Part shown: in pieces, positions 1 through 11,706 of the stretch
Layout of the letters: each line of letters begins with the position of its first letter
How positions within the stretch are numbered: the first letter of the stretch is position 1
Assembly (NCBI GenBank): GCA_965198115.1
Contig: OZ240241.1
Span: forward strand, 7,680,001-7,744,000
Length of the DNA stretch: 64,000 nt
Source: Candidatus Latescibacterota bacterium
GTDB lineage: Bacteria; Latescibacterota; UBA2968
Direction of reading: 5' to 3'
Made by a program: the position numbers and the translations under genes
The notes under the pieces: model-generated
Databases searched by the model: none
Seen by the model: the letters and a program-made list of their open reading frames with translations, nothing else
What the model was told of the DNA's origin: nothing

Positions 1-190
1 AGAGTGAAACTGTAAGGGGCTTCCTGAATCCAGGTTGTGGGGGTCCCATCCTGGTTCGAGGCCAAAGTGGTGGTCTGGTGGTGGGCTCGGTTGGGCAGCC
101 GCCAATGTATAAGACGTGGAAAGAAGTAGGAGGAACATCGTCACGTTCATTGCATAGAGGAGTCGTCGTGGTTTGAACCACAGCTGTGCG

Positions 191-949
191 CTAGAATCGG
201 AACGAAAGAGCGAGGGTAGGTTGGTTTCGACCGCGGCCGGGTGAGAAGCCAAGATTGAAATCACGCGGAAAGACGTCCTCCCACCTCTCACAGATGAATG
301 CGCCTACGATCGCACCAATCATCCCACCCACAATAGCTCCGCTGGAGAATCCAGCGCCCAGGACTATAGCGTGGGTAGACGTCGGAATGTCTTGGGGATC
401 GTCACTCAACCTTCTGAGCGACACACTGAGGATGACCGCGCCGACCGCTCCTGCAAGGCCGCCTGGCAACCACCCACGCCGCGCCCCACGCCACATTCTG
501 GACGATATCCCTCGACGGACCTCGAGCCCTGTTACGGTCGACGTCGGAATCGCGTACTCACGCCGGTCTGAGATGAATTTTTGAAATCCGTCCTGTCGCT
601 CGGCCTTCAGCACGATGTGACCAGGCCTTACGCTCACCACCTTCCCAACGATCGCTCGATACCGGACTTCGGATGTGACGAGTCTTACCGTAACACCAGG
701 TGAAACCGGCAGGGGCTCGGCGAAGGGACATTGCGGGAATGAGAGCAGGACCGGAACGATGATGGCCGCCGTCCACGGCCTGCGAGCGCTCTGCAAACAG
801 AATCGTCCAATCATCTTGCGAACCTTTCGGCTATGAACTGATGACGATAGAGCGCAAGAGCCGTGTCGGTGGTGACGGATCCAAATCGGCCAGTTTGGAG
901 GCGTACTTAAGACGGAAATCGAAAATGCACTGTAGTTCAGTCGATACAC
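191..949 (-). CDS. Hypothetical exported/membrane protein with glycine-zipper-like segments (true start probably downstream, near 814)
   Basis: Signal-peptide-like stretch, GGLAGAVGAV and GAIVGGMIGAIVGA hydrophobic Gly repeats, ends in FRF. Confidence 0.55.
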   Translation of the reverse strand: MYRLNYSAFSISVLSTPPNWPIWIRHHRHGSCALSSSVHSRKVRKMIGRFCLQSARRPWTAAIIVPVLLSFPQCPFAEPLPVSPGVTVRLVTSEVRYRAIVGKVVSVRPGHIVLKAERQDGFQKFISDRREYAIPTSTVTGLEVRRGISSRMWRGARRGWLPGGLAGAVGAVILSVSLRRLSDDPQDIPTSTHAIVLGAGFSSGAIVGGMIGAIVGAFICERWEDVFPRDFNLGFSPGRGRNQPTLALSFRF

Positions 950-1743
950 TGTGGATCACAGACACAGCCGGCAGACTGATACGTTGACAGTTTGCGTTTT
1001 AGCGACTAGATGCCAAGAAGACGCCCCTCTATCGGTCTGAGAGAGGGGCGAAATCGTGTAGTCCGTGTTTTGGGGACGGAAAACGCTGGGATGCTCGATC
1101 GATCGTCGAGGCATGGTGATAAGATTGGATCGACATCGGGAGTGTCAGTTACTCATCGATTAATTCGGCTACAGTCTGACACCCTCACAAGCGCTTGCTT
1201 CAGAACCTCCTTCATCGGGTAAACGTACTCCTCGGTCGACCAACCGCCCTTCTTCCACGACGCCTCGGGGATCTGAGATCGGGTGTTCGCAGACGGTGAC
1301 CTTGATACCGGGCGAGTTTTACTTCCGTTCGGAACCGCCCGTTTCCGGAACCGGTCGGGCTTCGACGACGACGAGGCCGTGGGTCTGGATCGCTTGCGTG
1401 GTGGGGGCGCGGTGGGTCTCTATGGGTAAGGTGGTCGACAAGCCATCCTCAGACTGGCCTGTCGTATTGATAGTCAGGCGTTTTCATTAGAAGAGAGAAT
1501 CACAATACTCGGACGATCGTGCACCGCCATCCGAAGGGATCCGCTATCAAGCATTTCATTTCGCGATCTCCAGCAAGCTTCCGGGTTCCCATAGGATGCC
1601 GATCAGAAATTGCTTCAGGTCATCTACGAAGTAGGCGTTGTATGTGTCCTGACCGAAATGAACACGCGAGAACAGCCCGAACCCCCCCGCCGCCTCACCG
1701 TGTGTGAGACTTCGATCTAAAGGTAGCCTTCCGGCACTCCACG

Positions 1744-2372
1744 GTGAGAATTGGGGGCGATCTCTCCGCCGATCCGCAATCGGGTACGGCCGGCAAGCGC
1801 GAAGCCTCTCAACAGGTCCGTCGTCTCCAGCTCTCCCTGAAGCATATACCTGCGTTTGCCATACAGCTCGAGATCGCGGTCCGATATGCCTCCCGGGCCC
1901 TTTTTTTTAGCGATAAGGGCACCTTCTTCGATGTCTGGCTTGGTCCTGTTGGACCCGGTGGCCGGCGCATCGATACTGGACACATTTTGCGGGGGCAGAA
2001 GACATTATCAAAGCACGCGGCGCACGGCTATTGGGGCCCGGACCAAATTTCCCTCCGGGATGCCCAGGGCAATGAGAGGCACGAATCCCAAACGGATTTT
2101 GGCTGGAAGCTCTATCTCAACAATCCGCTTGCAGATTGTGAACCCCCGGTTTATATGAAAAATTCAATGCGCCTCGCTTTGTCACAAGGCACGGCAGAAG
2201 GCAGACCCTTGCAGATTGTCACTGCCCGCTGGCAGCTTTTTGAAGAAAATGGTATAAGTTATGTCCACGCACGACTGAACGATGCGAATGACGAAACCTA
2301 TTCCCATTCTGCAAACTATGGGGAATATGATCCAGAAACCGGCGAAGCGAGTGTTGAACTTGAGATACCGGA
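1744..2372 (+). pseudogene. Internal fragment of a large hypothetical protein, cut by the IS3 element
   Basis: Protein-like frame (GYWGPDQISLRDAQGNERHE...FGWKLYLNNP) runs into the IS3 left end at ~2373. Confidence 0.45.
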
Positions 2373-2438
2373 TCCAGCGCCCCGGGGTTTTCTTGGACAC
2401 TCCGTTGACCTACAGTAGGTCGAAAAGGAGGGTCCACC

Positions 2439-2822
2439 ATGAACAAGGCTACCAGGGGATCGGTTGGGGCGGAGCGAGCGAGAGCGAGCGGAGGCCCAGC
2501 CGATCCAAGCGCGACTTCGCAGGGTCGTTTCTCCGTGAAGAAGAAGGCCGAAGCCGTATTACGTGTGATGCGTGGCGAGAGCCTCGACAGCGTCTCTCGC
2601 GATCTGGGAGTAACGGCAGCTAAATTGAGCGAGTGGCGCGATCAGTTCCACTCTGGCGCCCAGGCCGCACTACGCTCTCGTCCGAGCGACGAGCGTGACG
2701 AGAGGGTCAAGGACCTCCAGGCGAAGATTGGCGAGCTCACGATGGACAACGAGCTGCTGCAACAAAGAATCGATCGTCTGGAAGCCCGCCGCCCTTTGGC
2801 GCATCGGAGGTCGCGGAAATGA
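2439..2822 (+). CDS. IS3 OrfA (HTH plus leucine zipper)
   Basis: KKAEAVLRVMRGESLDSVSRDLGV HTH; LQAKIGELTMDNELL zipper; SD aaggagg upstream. Confidence 0.9.
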   Translation: MNKATRGSVGAERARASGGPADPSATSQGRFSVKKKAEAVLRVMRGESLDSVSRDLGVTAAKLSEWRDQFHSGAQAALRSRPSDERDERVKDLQAKIGELTMDNELLQQRIDRLEARRPLAHRRSRK

Positions 2823-3712
2823 GTGAGGTCCTTTCGCCCTCCACGGGGAGACGCTACAGCATTAAACGCGTGTGCAAAGTGTTGCAGATACCCCGTTCCA
2901 CGGTGCACAGCCAGCTTCGTCGTTCATCCGTAACCGATCTTCGGCAACCCCGGAAGCGAGGCCCGGTCGGAGCGGGTACCGATGAGGAATTGGTCTCCCT
3001 CATTCAGCAGGAGATCGACGCGTCACCCTTCCACGGCGAAGGATACCGCAAGATCTGGGCCAGGCTTCGCTTTCACGGTATGCGGACGTCAAAGGATCGG
3101 GTCCGCCGGTTGATGCGTGAAAACGGGCTCCAGGCGCGTCCAGGACGGCGTCGCGAACGACGAGCCCACGATGGCACGATTACGACCGAGAAGCCCGATC
3201 AGATGTGGGGCACCGACCTGACTGTGACGCCCACGGTCGACGAGGGCAGAGCCTCCGTGTTTATCGCGATCGACCACTGCACGTGCGAGTGTGTGGGCAT
3301 TCACGCCTCCAAGACGGCCAACCGCTTTGAGGCTCTCGAGCCGATCCGACAGGGCATCCGTGAACACTTCGGGGGCTTCGAAGAAAACATCGCCGAAGGA
3401 CTGGAGCTCCGACACGATCACGGGTCACAATACGTCTCTGACGACTTCCAGAACGAGATCGCATTCCTCGGCGTCCAAACATCGCCGAGTTTCGTGCGTG
3501 AGCCAGAAGGCAACGGATGCGCCGAGCGGTTCATCCGTACCCTCAAAGAAAACCTCCTGTGGGTTAGACACTTCAGTACCATCGAAGACCTGCGCCTCGC
3601 ACTCCTTGAGTTTCGGGACAGATACAACCACAGGTGGATCATCGAACGTCACGGCTACAAGACGCCCGAACAGGCTAGAAACGCACTCACGGCAACTCGA
3701 AAGGCCGCCTGA
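2819..3712 (+). CDS. IS3 OrfB DDE transposase (rve integrase core)
   Basis: GYRKIWARL, WGTDLT, HDHGSQY, NGCAERFIRTLKE; ATGA overlap with orfA. Confidence 0.92.
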   Translation: MSEVLSPSTGRRYSIKRVCKVLQIPRSTVHSQLRRSSVTDLRQPRKRGPVGAGTDEELVSLIQQEIDASPFHGEGYRKIWARLRFHGMRTSKDRVRRLMRENGLQARPGRRRERRAHDGTITTEKPDQMWGTDLTVTPTVDEGRASVFIAIDHCTCECVGIHASKTANRFEALEPIRQGIREHFGGFEENIAEGLELRHDHGSQYVSDDFQNEIAFLGVQTSPSFVREPEGNGCAERFIRTLKENLLWVRHFSTIEDLRLALLEFRDRYNHRWIIERHGYKTPEQARNALTATRKAA

Positions 3713-3867
3713 ATACACTCACCCGAGTGTCCAGACAACCGCGGGCTTTACAGTGGTCCTTCAAATAAGACCGAAAGGTGTGCAGAAATAAGTTGGCGCA
3801 TTTGCAGGCCCTTATGCATCAGGTTTTCCATGTGTATTCGACGTGAATCCAGCGTTTGACAAAGTGA

Positions 3868-4140
3868 TGTCAGGGATCGCCCTAATCAGGCCACCCCTGA
3901 TCGGCCTAATCAGGCCACTTGGAAGTGGCGTTTTGGGTCTCGGACACGGTTTTGTATTTAGCTCTTTTTCACCCCCTTTCCAACTGGGTTTTTGGATTTC
4001 TGGCATGGGTCTTGGTGCTCGGTAACTTTCGCCGTCGAGGACGACTCGATAAGCAGGGTGTCGAAGTCGGTCGAGGGTGGCCGCTCCCAGGCGTCTGTTC
4101 GGGAAGGCGTGGCCCCCTTCTTCGAAGTCGAGGTTGCTTG
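3868..4140 (-). mobile_element. IS21-family right end with IstB C-terminal remnant
   Basis: Terminal TGTCA, repeated ctaatcaggccac motifs; VTSNLDF...ATLDRLRH...LDGESYR. Confidence 0.8.
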
Positions 4141-4519
4141 TGACGACGCGTTGACCGATGCGCTGTCCCATTCCGAATGGTGGATGCGAGCGGCTGCCGC
4201 TGACATTCTCGGCGACATCGGGGCTCCGGCAACGCCTTCGATCTCCGCGCTGACCGAAGCGATGCGTGATGACAGCGAGTGGGTACGTCGTAATGCGACC
4301 GAAGCGCTGGGCACGTTGAGAGCTAAATCAGCGGTTCCCGCGCTCGCCAGGGCGTTGTCAGATGAAAGTGACCGAGTCCGACATAACGCCGCTTTAACCC
4401 TCATCAAGATCGGCGCCCCGGCTGTCGTCGCCCGCACCGGGCTCACCCAAGCGCTCGACGATGAGAATCGTTATGTCCGAGCCCTTTCCTGCCTTGCTCT
4501 GGACATGACCCCTGGTTAG
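4141..4519 (+). pseudogene. HEAT/PBS-lyase repeat protein, C-terminal fragment
   Basis: Repeats of VRRNATEALG, VRHNAALTL, VRALSCLAL; 5' part replaced by IS21 remnant. Confidence 0.75.
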
Positions 4520-4868
4520 CCCAGATCTCGATTGTTCTTCACGCTTGTGTGGATCGATCAGAAACCGAGGCGCTCCTTAAGACCGTTGAATCAGCCCGTC
4601 TCGCCACGGATTAGCGGACCAGGTAAAGGCGGCCACGAGCAACGCGGCTGTTTCACATATAGACCGCGGGTCATCACCCCGGTCGTCACCGACCCGGATC
4701 GTACTGGAGCCTGTCCCGAGCGCAATCGAGGGAGCGTGGGCCACAAGCCCCCGCGGCGCGTGAGCGGGACTTTTTTGCTTCTCTTTTGGTCACAAAAGAG
4801 AAGAACGGATAGTAACGCAGAAAGGGTTTGAGTATCGATATCCACTCTTCTGGTTGGAGACTCATTTC

Positions 4869-5743
4869 TCAAATGACCTGGTCCAGCGCCTTCATATACC
4901 CGATTGTCCAGCTTAACCCCGCCGCACGGTCTCCTGCGATCGTTGGGTAGTGTTCGGGATAGATCTGTCCTTTGTAGTCAATCTCCTTCAACGCTCTGAA
5001 CGTCTCCACCATATCCACTTCACCCGTCCCAAACGCGACCTCCAGGTAGCCTAACCCTTCCAGCCGTTCACGCACTTCCTGATCGACCGGACCACCCACC
5101 TGCGTCACGATGTCTCTGATGTGAACCATGAACGTCCGGTCGCCGAATGCCCGCACGGCGGTGCCCAGATCGTCCCCCGCCAACTCCGACTTGCCCTGGC
5201 AGAAAATCACCCCATTCGCCGGGCTGTCGACCTCCTTGAACAGACGCTCCATCGTCTCCAGGTTCCACAGGATTCGGTCAGGCCTGTGAAAGTGATGGGT
5301 TGAAACCTTGACGCCTTGTTCCTCCGCCACATCCGTCAGCTCTCGATAGTACTCCACGAGCCCTGCCCACAGACACTCCCGCTCCGCCTGGCCTTCGGGC
5401 ACGATTTCATTGCTCGAGTACAGATGGAGAAAGGGATGCCCGCTTTTCCCATCGCCTTCACGATACCCGTCATCACCGCCATCTCCTCGCCCCGTACTTC
5501 CGGATCCTTCAGTGCGGCGAGACTCGTACGCGGCGGCCTCAGCGAGGATAGCATCACGCCGCCTGCCCGATAGGTCTCCGCCACGCCAGCCAGGTCATCC
5601 GCATCCGGCACCTCACCGCCGTCCTTCGCCAGCTCCGAGGCCGAGTGAATGATGAAGTGGACATCGGAATCTGTGCAGAACGCGATGTTCTTCTCGTGGG
5701 CTGTCCCGAATGGTGCGAAAATGCCAATGTCGAGCATGGCCAT
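4869..5743 (-). CDS. Mannonate dehydratase / sugar isomerase-like TIM barrel, frameshifted near 5400
   Basis: ORFs 5336..5743 and 4869..5402 join; VHIRDI, GEVDM, YPEH metal motifs. Confidence 0.65.
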
Positions 5744-5889
5744 CCTCCTTGGGCTACTTCTGCTTCGATTGGGTCAATATATCTTCGCGGCTTCGCGCCT
5801 TGGTGTCTTCGTGATACTCCTCCCTGGTGTTCAAGACATCTATGTTGCCATGAACACGCCCCTTTGCCGATGCGACCACCACAACCGGG

Positions 5890-6801
5890 TCACCCCGCTA
5901 GCCTGGCGACCGCCTCGACATGCGCCGGCGAAAGACCACAACACCCCCCGATTCCGTTGATCTCTTCAGCAATCCACTGCTTACCGTAGTCAGCGAGCCT
6001 ATCGGGCGTGAGCGAGTCGTCAAAACGCCAGTTGGGCATCTCGAACGTACCCGAATCCGGGTACGCATAGACCGGTCCCTCGAAGTTCTCACGAATAGCC
6101 TTGATCGCATCCGAAACAAGCGGGCTGCCGGTGTGCATCACGCCGATCGCGGCGATCCCCGGCCGGTTAGCTGCATCCGTCAACTCGGAAAAGGGAATGT
6201 CCTGGCTCTGCGAAAAAGAGAGTAGCGATCCGTCGCCTGCGCTGCGGGCAGAAAGACCCACCCACACAGGGAGTCCCGTTTCCACGGCCGCCGTCAAGGC
6301 CAGTTCGATCCTGTGTGGCAGATACATCATCTCCAACAGGATCAGATCGACACCCTCCTGCGCCATGATCGAGACCATCTCACCGAACGTATCGGTTAGC
6401 TCCTGGATCGACGCCGACGGCGTTCCGCCGTAGCCCTCCGTCCAGTGGGACAGTGAACCCGCCACGGCCACACCCTCGACACCCGCTCGGTCGCGGGCTC
6501 GCTGAACCGTCTCGATAGCGGCACGATTCACATCGTAAACGCGGTCCCAGTATCCCGCCGCCTCCAGCATCGGCCGTGACGACGAAAACGTATTCGCCGT
6601 GACGATGCGAGCACCTGCCTCGATGTAATCGACGTGAATCTGTTCGAGCACATCCGACTGTTCGAGATTCGCCGTCGCGCTCCAGGACTGCTTGTCCATC
6701 GTCACGCCACGCCGTTCCAGCTCGGTACCGATGCCGGCGTCAATCACGATCAACTCGTTCGATGCGATGCGTTTTTCTATGGCTTCGTAGGACATAGTCA
6801 A
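5890..6801 (-). CDS. Homocysteine S-methyltransferase family protein
   Basis: DAGIGTEL, HVDYIEAGA, ANTF, GGCCG zinc motif. Confidence 0.9.
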   Translation of the reverse strand: MTMSYEAIEKRIASNELIVIDAGIGTELERRGVTMDKQSWSATANLEQSDVLEQIHVDYIEAGARIVTANTFSSSRPMLEAAGYWDRVYDVNRAAIETVQRARDRAGVEGVAVAGSLSHWTEGYGGTPSASIQELTDTFGEMVSIMAQEGVDLILLEMMYLPHRIELALTAAVETGLPVWVGLSARSAGDGSLLSFSQSQDIPFSELTDAANRPGIAAIGVMHTGSPLVSDAIKAIRENFEGPVYAYPDSGTFEMPNWRFDDSLTPDRLADYGKQWIAEEINGIGGCCGLSPAHVEAVARLAG

Positions 6802-6880
6802 ACCCAGTGTTCAGGAGTTCAGGAGTTCAGTGTTCAGGATAAATCACTCACAGTTCTGGTCATTACATCAAGCGATACGA

Positions 6881-6992
6881 TTGTCATCCCGGCATTCTGT
6901 TGAGCCGGGATCCATTTTCGCACCGTCACAGTCTGGCTATAGTGGTGCAGAGTCAAAATGGGCCCCGGCTAAAAAGCGTACCGGGGTGACAA
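6881..6992. repeat. REPIN/MITE-like double-hairpin intergenic repeat
   Basis: ttgtcatcccggc..gccgggatccatttt paired with aaaatgggccccggct..accggggtgacaa. Confidence 0.7.
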
Positions 6993-7028
6993 TGTTCCTT
7001 TCCTATGCTCTATCTTCAATATTCAATG

Positions 7029-8513
7029 TCAAATTTCTTCAAAAGGAAACATCGGCTTACGTCGATAGACATAGTCGAACGTCCGCATATCCGCGGCAGT
7101 CGCACCCGTCGTGTTGACACGCGTATCAGTTTCGTGCAAACGGGCTCGTAGGCCGCCACGGGTGCGTGAACGCCCTTCGCCACGAGGATCTGAAAATCGG
7201 CGGGATCCAACCCGATGCTCGTCAACAACACCGAGACTCACCGGCACGGTCCGTCTCGACGTCAGACTAATCGTCAAGCCGGTATCCGTCACGACCACAG
7301 CCGTAGGCCCCATATCGAAATGTGTGTAACCTCCGTGACGGACCTCCGTCTCTTCGAACTTGCCGTCGTGCAGACTCTTGACGGTCACCGACGCCTCCAA
7401 AGGCTCGCCGTGGCGGTCATCCGTCTTCCCGCCCATCGTAAGCGTGACCTTCGCACCTACACCGGCCTCTCGCGCCCGATCCTGCGACTCCCGATCGAAC
7501 AGACAGACGTGGAGCCGTCGTGTCCCCTCGTCGATGGATCTCGTGGGCAATCAGCGTACTGTCCGCGGCTGACCCACCTCCAACGTTGTCGCCCATATCG
7601 AGCAGACAGACCGGCCCATCCTGCGTCACCGCCTGCTCGACGGCCTCAACCACCGTCGTGTACTCGCCCACGAAAGCTTCTCGATTCGCAAGCATATGCG
7701 CCGCCAGCTCATCCGCCAGTCGCTGAGCCAGATCGGATCGTCATCCGTCACCACGATTGCGGATGATCCCATCTCCTCAACATCCGCATACGGAAACCCG
7801 AGCACGATGCTGTTGGACAGAACGCCTGACTCGCTTAGCTGTTCATCCGCGAATTCATAGAGCGGTAAACACGGCCACTCCGATGTCAGTTGCCGCTTGA
7901 TGTTGATCCCAAAGGCAAGGAAAGACGCTCCTTGAACCGGTTTGATCTCCCCACGCAGGGTCCGGACGATCAGATCGACCCCTTCGTAACCTCGCTCCTT
8001 TTGGTCAAGATGCGGATTCGACCGATAGGCAATCGTGGCATCGCACGCGTCGACCATTCGCGCCGACAGATTGGCGTGGGGATCGATCACACAGACGATC
8101 GGGACATCAGCTCCGACCTCATCTCGCAACTTCGCAAGCCAGAATCCGTCCAGGTCTTGGTACGCCTCGCCTTCGCCCGCATTCGCCCCGTGCGGAGAAA
8201 CCAGGAAACCGTCGAGGGGTCCCGCCTGCGCCAACGCGACGAACATCATCTCGATCAACGTCTCACACGTCTCTTTCGTAATCGTGCCGGATGGCGGAGT
8301 CGCCGCGTAAAAAATCGGCACGGCTTCGGCGTCAGCTTTTTCCAACCCATCCAGGAACGCGGACATCTGGTGATGCCCACCCTCGAACGCTCCACGCACC
8401 GTTTCCCCGACGAGTAGACTGTCACGTCGAAACGAGTCGATCGTCGTCGGCGTCACCGCGAAGGTGTTCGATTCGTGCATCAGTGATAGGATTCCGATTC
8501 TCATATCACTCAC
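7029..8513 (-). CDS. MlrC / M81 family metallopeptidase, split by frameshifts
   Basis: HESNTF, HGA, DPHAN, NPHLD, DMGDNVGGG, GGKTD motifs across three or four frames. Confidence 0.85.
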
Positions 8514-8689
8514 CGGAAGTCTGATTCTTGTTCAGCTGCAGGACCATCATCGACCTGGCCAATCGCGACTTACCAAAACGTCCCTGCGCACAGCACAGGG
8601 ACGAGGATTCCGTGTTTTCAATAAGAAAGCGACCGTGGGTCGGAAGGATCTAAGGTTTCTGTACTGCCTCAATACTCGATTCTCGATAC

Positions 8690-10018
8690 TCAATCCTCGA
8701 TTTTGGCTTCCTCCACCGCCTTCCCAATCGCCTCCACCAAGCCATCGATGTGTTTTTCTTCTGTCGGCAGGCAGATCGCATTCATCGCCATGCCCTGCGA
8801 TAAATAGTACCCTTGCGTGATCAAAGACAGGAACACCGCCTTCGCCGTGTCCTTGTCAGATCGGGCCATATCGCGATACGTGCGCACCCGCTCCACCCCG
8901 AAGTGTATGCTGAACACGGACCCGGTCACGACGACGTGCGCGGTCATGCCGATCTTTTCGAACAGCGCATCCAGGCCTTTCTTGAGCCTGATGCCAAGAC
9001 CGTTCATATGCACGTGTGCCTCGTCCGTCAATTGCTCCATCGTCGCGAGGCCAGCTGCCATCGCCACCGCGTGCGAGCTGTGCGTACCGCTCTGGAAAAC
9101 CGTAGCGCCACCCTTCGTATTGTCCAACTGATCCATCACGTCTGCCCGCCCGCCAAAGGCCCCGACCGGAAACCCCCCACCGACGATCTTCCCGTAACAC
9201 GACAGATCCGGCTCAATCTCCATATAGCTCTGCAACCCGCCTCGGGCCTGCCGGAATCCGACGATCTCGTCGAAGATCATCAGCATCCCCAGTTCCCTCG
9301 TTATCTCCCACACGCGCCGGACGAATTCGTGTCGTTGCGGAATGATCCCCGCTTTTGGATCCATGATGACGCACGCCAGCTCGTCCCGGTAGCGCGACAG
9401 CAGCCGCTCGACGTTCTCATCGTCGTCGTAGGGCAGAACGACAACGTCTTCGTGTGCGCGCGGGGCCATTCCGCCGGCCGTCGGCACGGCGTTCGGCTCA
9501 TCGGCTTCGCCCACGTCGTCGAGCGACGGCGAAGTGCTGACCTCCACTGCGTCGTGGCTCCCGTGATAGCCACCCTCGAACTTGGCAATTTTCGGTTTCC
9601 CCGTGAACTGACGCGCCAGCCTGATCGCGTGCAGCGTCGCCTCCGTCCCCGAGTTGACGAATCGCACCCGGTCGAGAGATTTGACACGATCGCACATATG
9701 CTGCGCCATCTTCGTCTCGACCCCAGTGGGTCCGCCCAACGCGATCCCCTCGCTCAACTGCCCCCGCACTGCGACCACAACTGCAGGATGGTTGTGTCCG
9801 AGAACCTGTGCTGTATGGTGATTGCAGAAATCGATGTAGGTCCGACCATCCACGTCGTCCAGCTCACAACCGGACCCACGTCGCCACGTGATCGGATAGG
9901 GCGGATAGAAATACGCACCCTTCGACGCGCCCGCGTTGACCTCACGTCCCTCCTCGAACAGCTTCAGCGACTTTGGTGTCAGTTCCCTATATCGTGCTTC
10001 GATTGCCTTGATCCCCAT
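8690..10018 (-). CDS. Class III PLP aminotransferase (glutamate-1-semialdehyde aminomutase-like)
   Basis: VNSGTEAT, FEGGYHG, FDEIVGFR, GKIVGGGFPVGAFGG. Confidence 0.9.
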   Translation of the reverse strand: MGIKAIEARYRELTPKSLKLFEEGREVNAGASKGAYFYPPYPITWRRGSGCELDDVDGRTYIDFCNHHTAQVLGHNHPAVVVAVRGQLSEGIALGGPTGVETKMAQHMCDRVKSLDRVRFVNSGTEATLHAIRLARQFTGKPKIAKFEGGYHGSHDAVEVSTSPSLDDVGEADEPNAVPTAGGMAPRAHEDVVVLPYDDDENVERLLSRYRDELACVIMDPKAGIIPQRHEFVRRVWEITRELGMLMIFDEIVGFRQARGGLQSYMEIEPDLSCYGKIVGGGFPVGAFGGRADVMDQLDNTKGGATVFQSGTHSSHAVAMAAGLATMEQLTDEAHVHMNGLGIRLKKGLDALFEKIGMTAHVVVTGSVFSIHFGVERVRTYRDMARSDKDTAKAVFLSLITQGYYLSQGMAMNAICLPTEEKHIDGLVEAIGKAVEEAKIED

Positions 10019-10080
10019 ATCCTCACCTCGGCCAGTGCAGGGACCTACTTTGGTCACTTGTACGGGTCAATGGTCACCGG

Positions 10081-10833
10081 TCAATTCAGTTTTAGTATCC
10101 GCTTCGCATTCTGCCCCAGCACCATCCGTTTCGCATCATCGTCGATATCCGCCGTAATGATCTTACCCAGCTGGGACCGCGGATCCATCAATGGGATATC
10201 CGACCCGAACAGCACGCGATCCGCGCCCGCCTCCTCCACGAGGCGCTCGATCACCCCCGGCTCCCTGAACGTCGAACACGTCTCCAGATACACATTAGGA
10301 TTCGCTTGGGCCGCTTCGATCGACTGCGTGCGATACGGCTCCGAATTCCCCGAATGACCGATCACGAATTGCACGTTCGGGAATCGCCCGGCGATCACGC
10401 CCACCTGCACCGGCTGACACGTCGCTTCCTGACCTGTATGCGTGATCAATGCCAGGCCTCGTTCATCCGCGAACCCGTAGATCGGGTCCCAGACAGAATC
10501 CGTCAACGGCCATCGCGAATACGGTGGATAGATCTTGATGGCCGGGAACCCCAGTTTATCGATCGATCGTTCGAGCTCAGGAACCATCCGTTCCGGCATC
10601 AGCGGCGAGACATACGCGAAACCGATGAACCGGTCCGGGTTCTTGGCCACGAAGGCCGCTGTCTCGTCGTTGCCCGTCGTCCCGTCAGGATGGAAGATGT
10701 TGAACAGACAACTCCGATCGATCCCCACCGCATCCATCGCGTGAAGGAACTGCGCAGAGTCGTCGTCCATCTCGTAGATGTCCCAACGTCCGGTGTGCCC
10801 GTGAAAATCGATGATTTCTTGGCCGTCAATCAT
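10081..10833 (-). CDS. Amidohydrolase_2 family metal-dependent hydrolase
   Basis: DFHGH, KIYP, HTG, GHSG, LFGSDIP. Confidence 0.9.
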   Translation of the reverse strand: MIDGQEIIDFHGHTGRWDIYEMDDDSAQFLHAMDAVGIDRSCLFNIFHPDGTTGNDETAAFVAKNPDRFIGFAYVSPLMPERMVPELERSIDKLGFPAIKIYPPYSRWPLTDSVWDPIYGFADERGLALITHTGQEATCQPVQVGVIAGRFPNVQFVIGHSGNSEPYRTQSIEAAQANPNVYLETCSTFREPGVIERLVEEAGADRVLFGSDIPLMDPRSQLGKIITADIDDDAKRMVLGQNAKRILKLN

Positions 10834-10959
10834 TCTTTTTCGCCGTCAGAGGCGGCGCCTACCCCGCATCCTTCATCTCAGTGGCTGCCTGGTTTTAGCA
10901 TCTTCTCCAGACGACGTCCATTCATTGCCCTAGTATCTTTTCCAAGTTCCCCGCACAAA

Positions 10960-11706
10960 TCGCCGCCAAATCCTTCTCGTCAATGGACAAGTGATTCAGC
11001 ATATACAGCATCGGGCCCATCGCATACCGCGGGAAGTAGGATCCGTAGATCAGACGTTCGGCTCCGATCTCTTCGACGAGCCGTCCATCCCCCTCAGGTT
11101 CTCGTAACGGCTCAATTCGAGGACAGCGTGCGGCGGCGCTCGCAGCATCGGGCGGAGCACCAGACTGTGCGTGTAATGTGCGCCGACGAGGACGAGTCGA
11201 AGATTCGGATAATGTCGGAGAGTTTCGACGATCTCGGTCGATGGAGTGTCCGCCAGAGACATCCAGAGTGGAATCCTTTCGTCAACCAGCCAGGACAGGG
11301 CGTCCCCGTAAACCCACTGGACGAACGACAACCGTGACACCTCGGTGCTATGGAATCGAACGCTGGAAACGAGACCGTCAGCGTGCAGACCCGCAATGTG
11401 GCTGAGCGAATCGGCATCGGGCCCGATCACCTGCTGGGGGACGAGCCCGTTGTTCCCTTCCGTCCACCGCGCCAGCGATTCGTTTCCCCGAATCGCACTG
11501 ACGAGCTCCCCTTCGCAGGCATACACGACCGCTCGGTCGACCCCGTGTCGGTTCATCTCCGCCAGAAGCTGCTCGGGCCCTTCGTACGGGTAGGCCCGGT
11601 CCTTCCGGTGGCCGACCCCGATATTCGCGTCGAAAACGGCACGCGGGATTTGAAGCTCAGACCTGACATAGGCCACAAGATCGCCTTCAAACAGGCGAAC
11701 GTCCAA
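10960..11706 (-). CDS. Second, degenerate amidohydrolase-family protein (frameshift near 11070)
   Basis: FDANIGVG, LLAEMNRHGVDRAVV, GAHY; C-terminus appears to continue in another frame; lower boundary approximate. Confidence 0.65.

Larger units (their letters stand above)
2373..3752 (+). mobile_element. IS3-family insertion sequence
   Basis: Imperfect inverted ends (cccggggttttcttggacactccg / cgagtgtccagacaaccgcgggctttaca) flanking orfA/orfB; no TSD seen. Confidence 0.9.

Noticed and set aside
1150-1490. Protein-like minus-strand stretch (QIPEASWKKGGWSTEEYVYPMKEVLKQAL)
   Set aside because: No clear start or family; too fragmentary to call
8813-10357. 514-aa plus-strand ORF (and similar shadows such as 10306..11337, 17416..18240, 52486..53631, 63153..63950)
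   Set aside because: Antisense to well-supported genes; expected in GC-rich DNA
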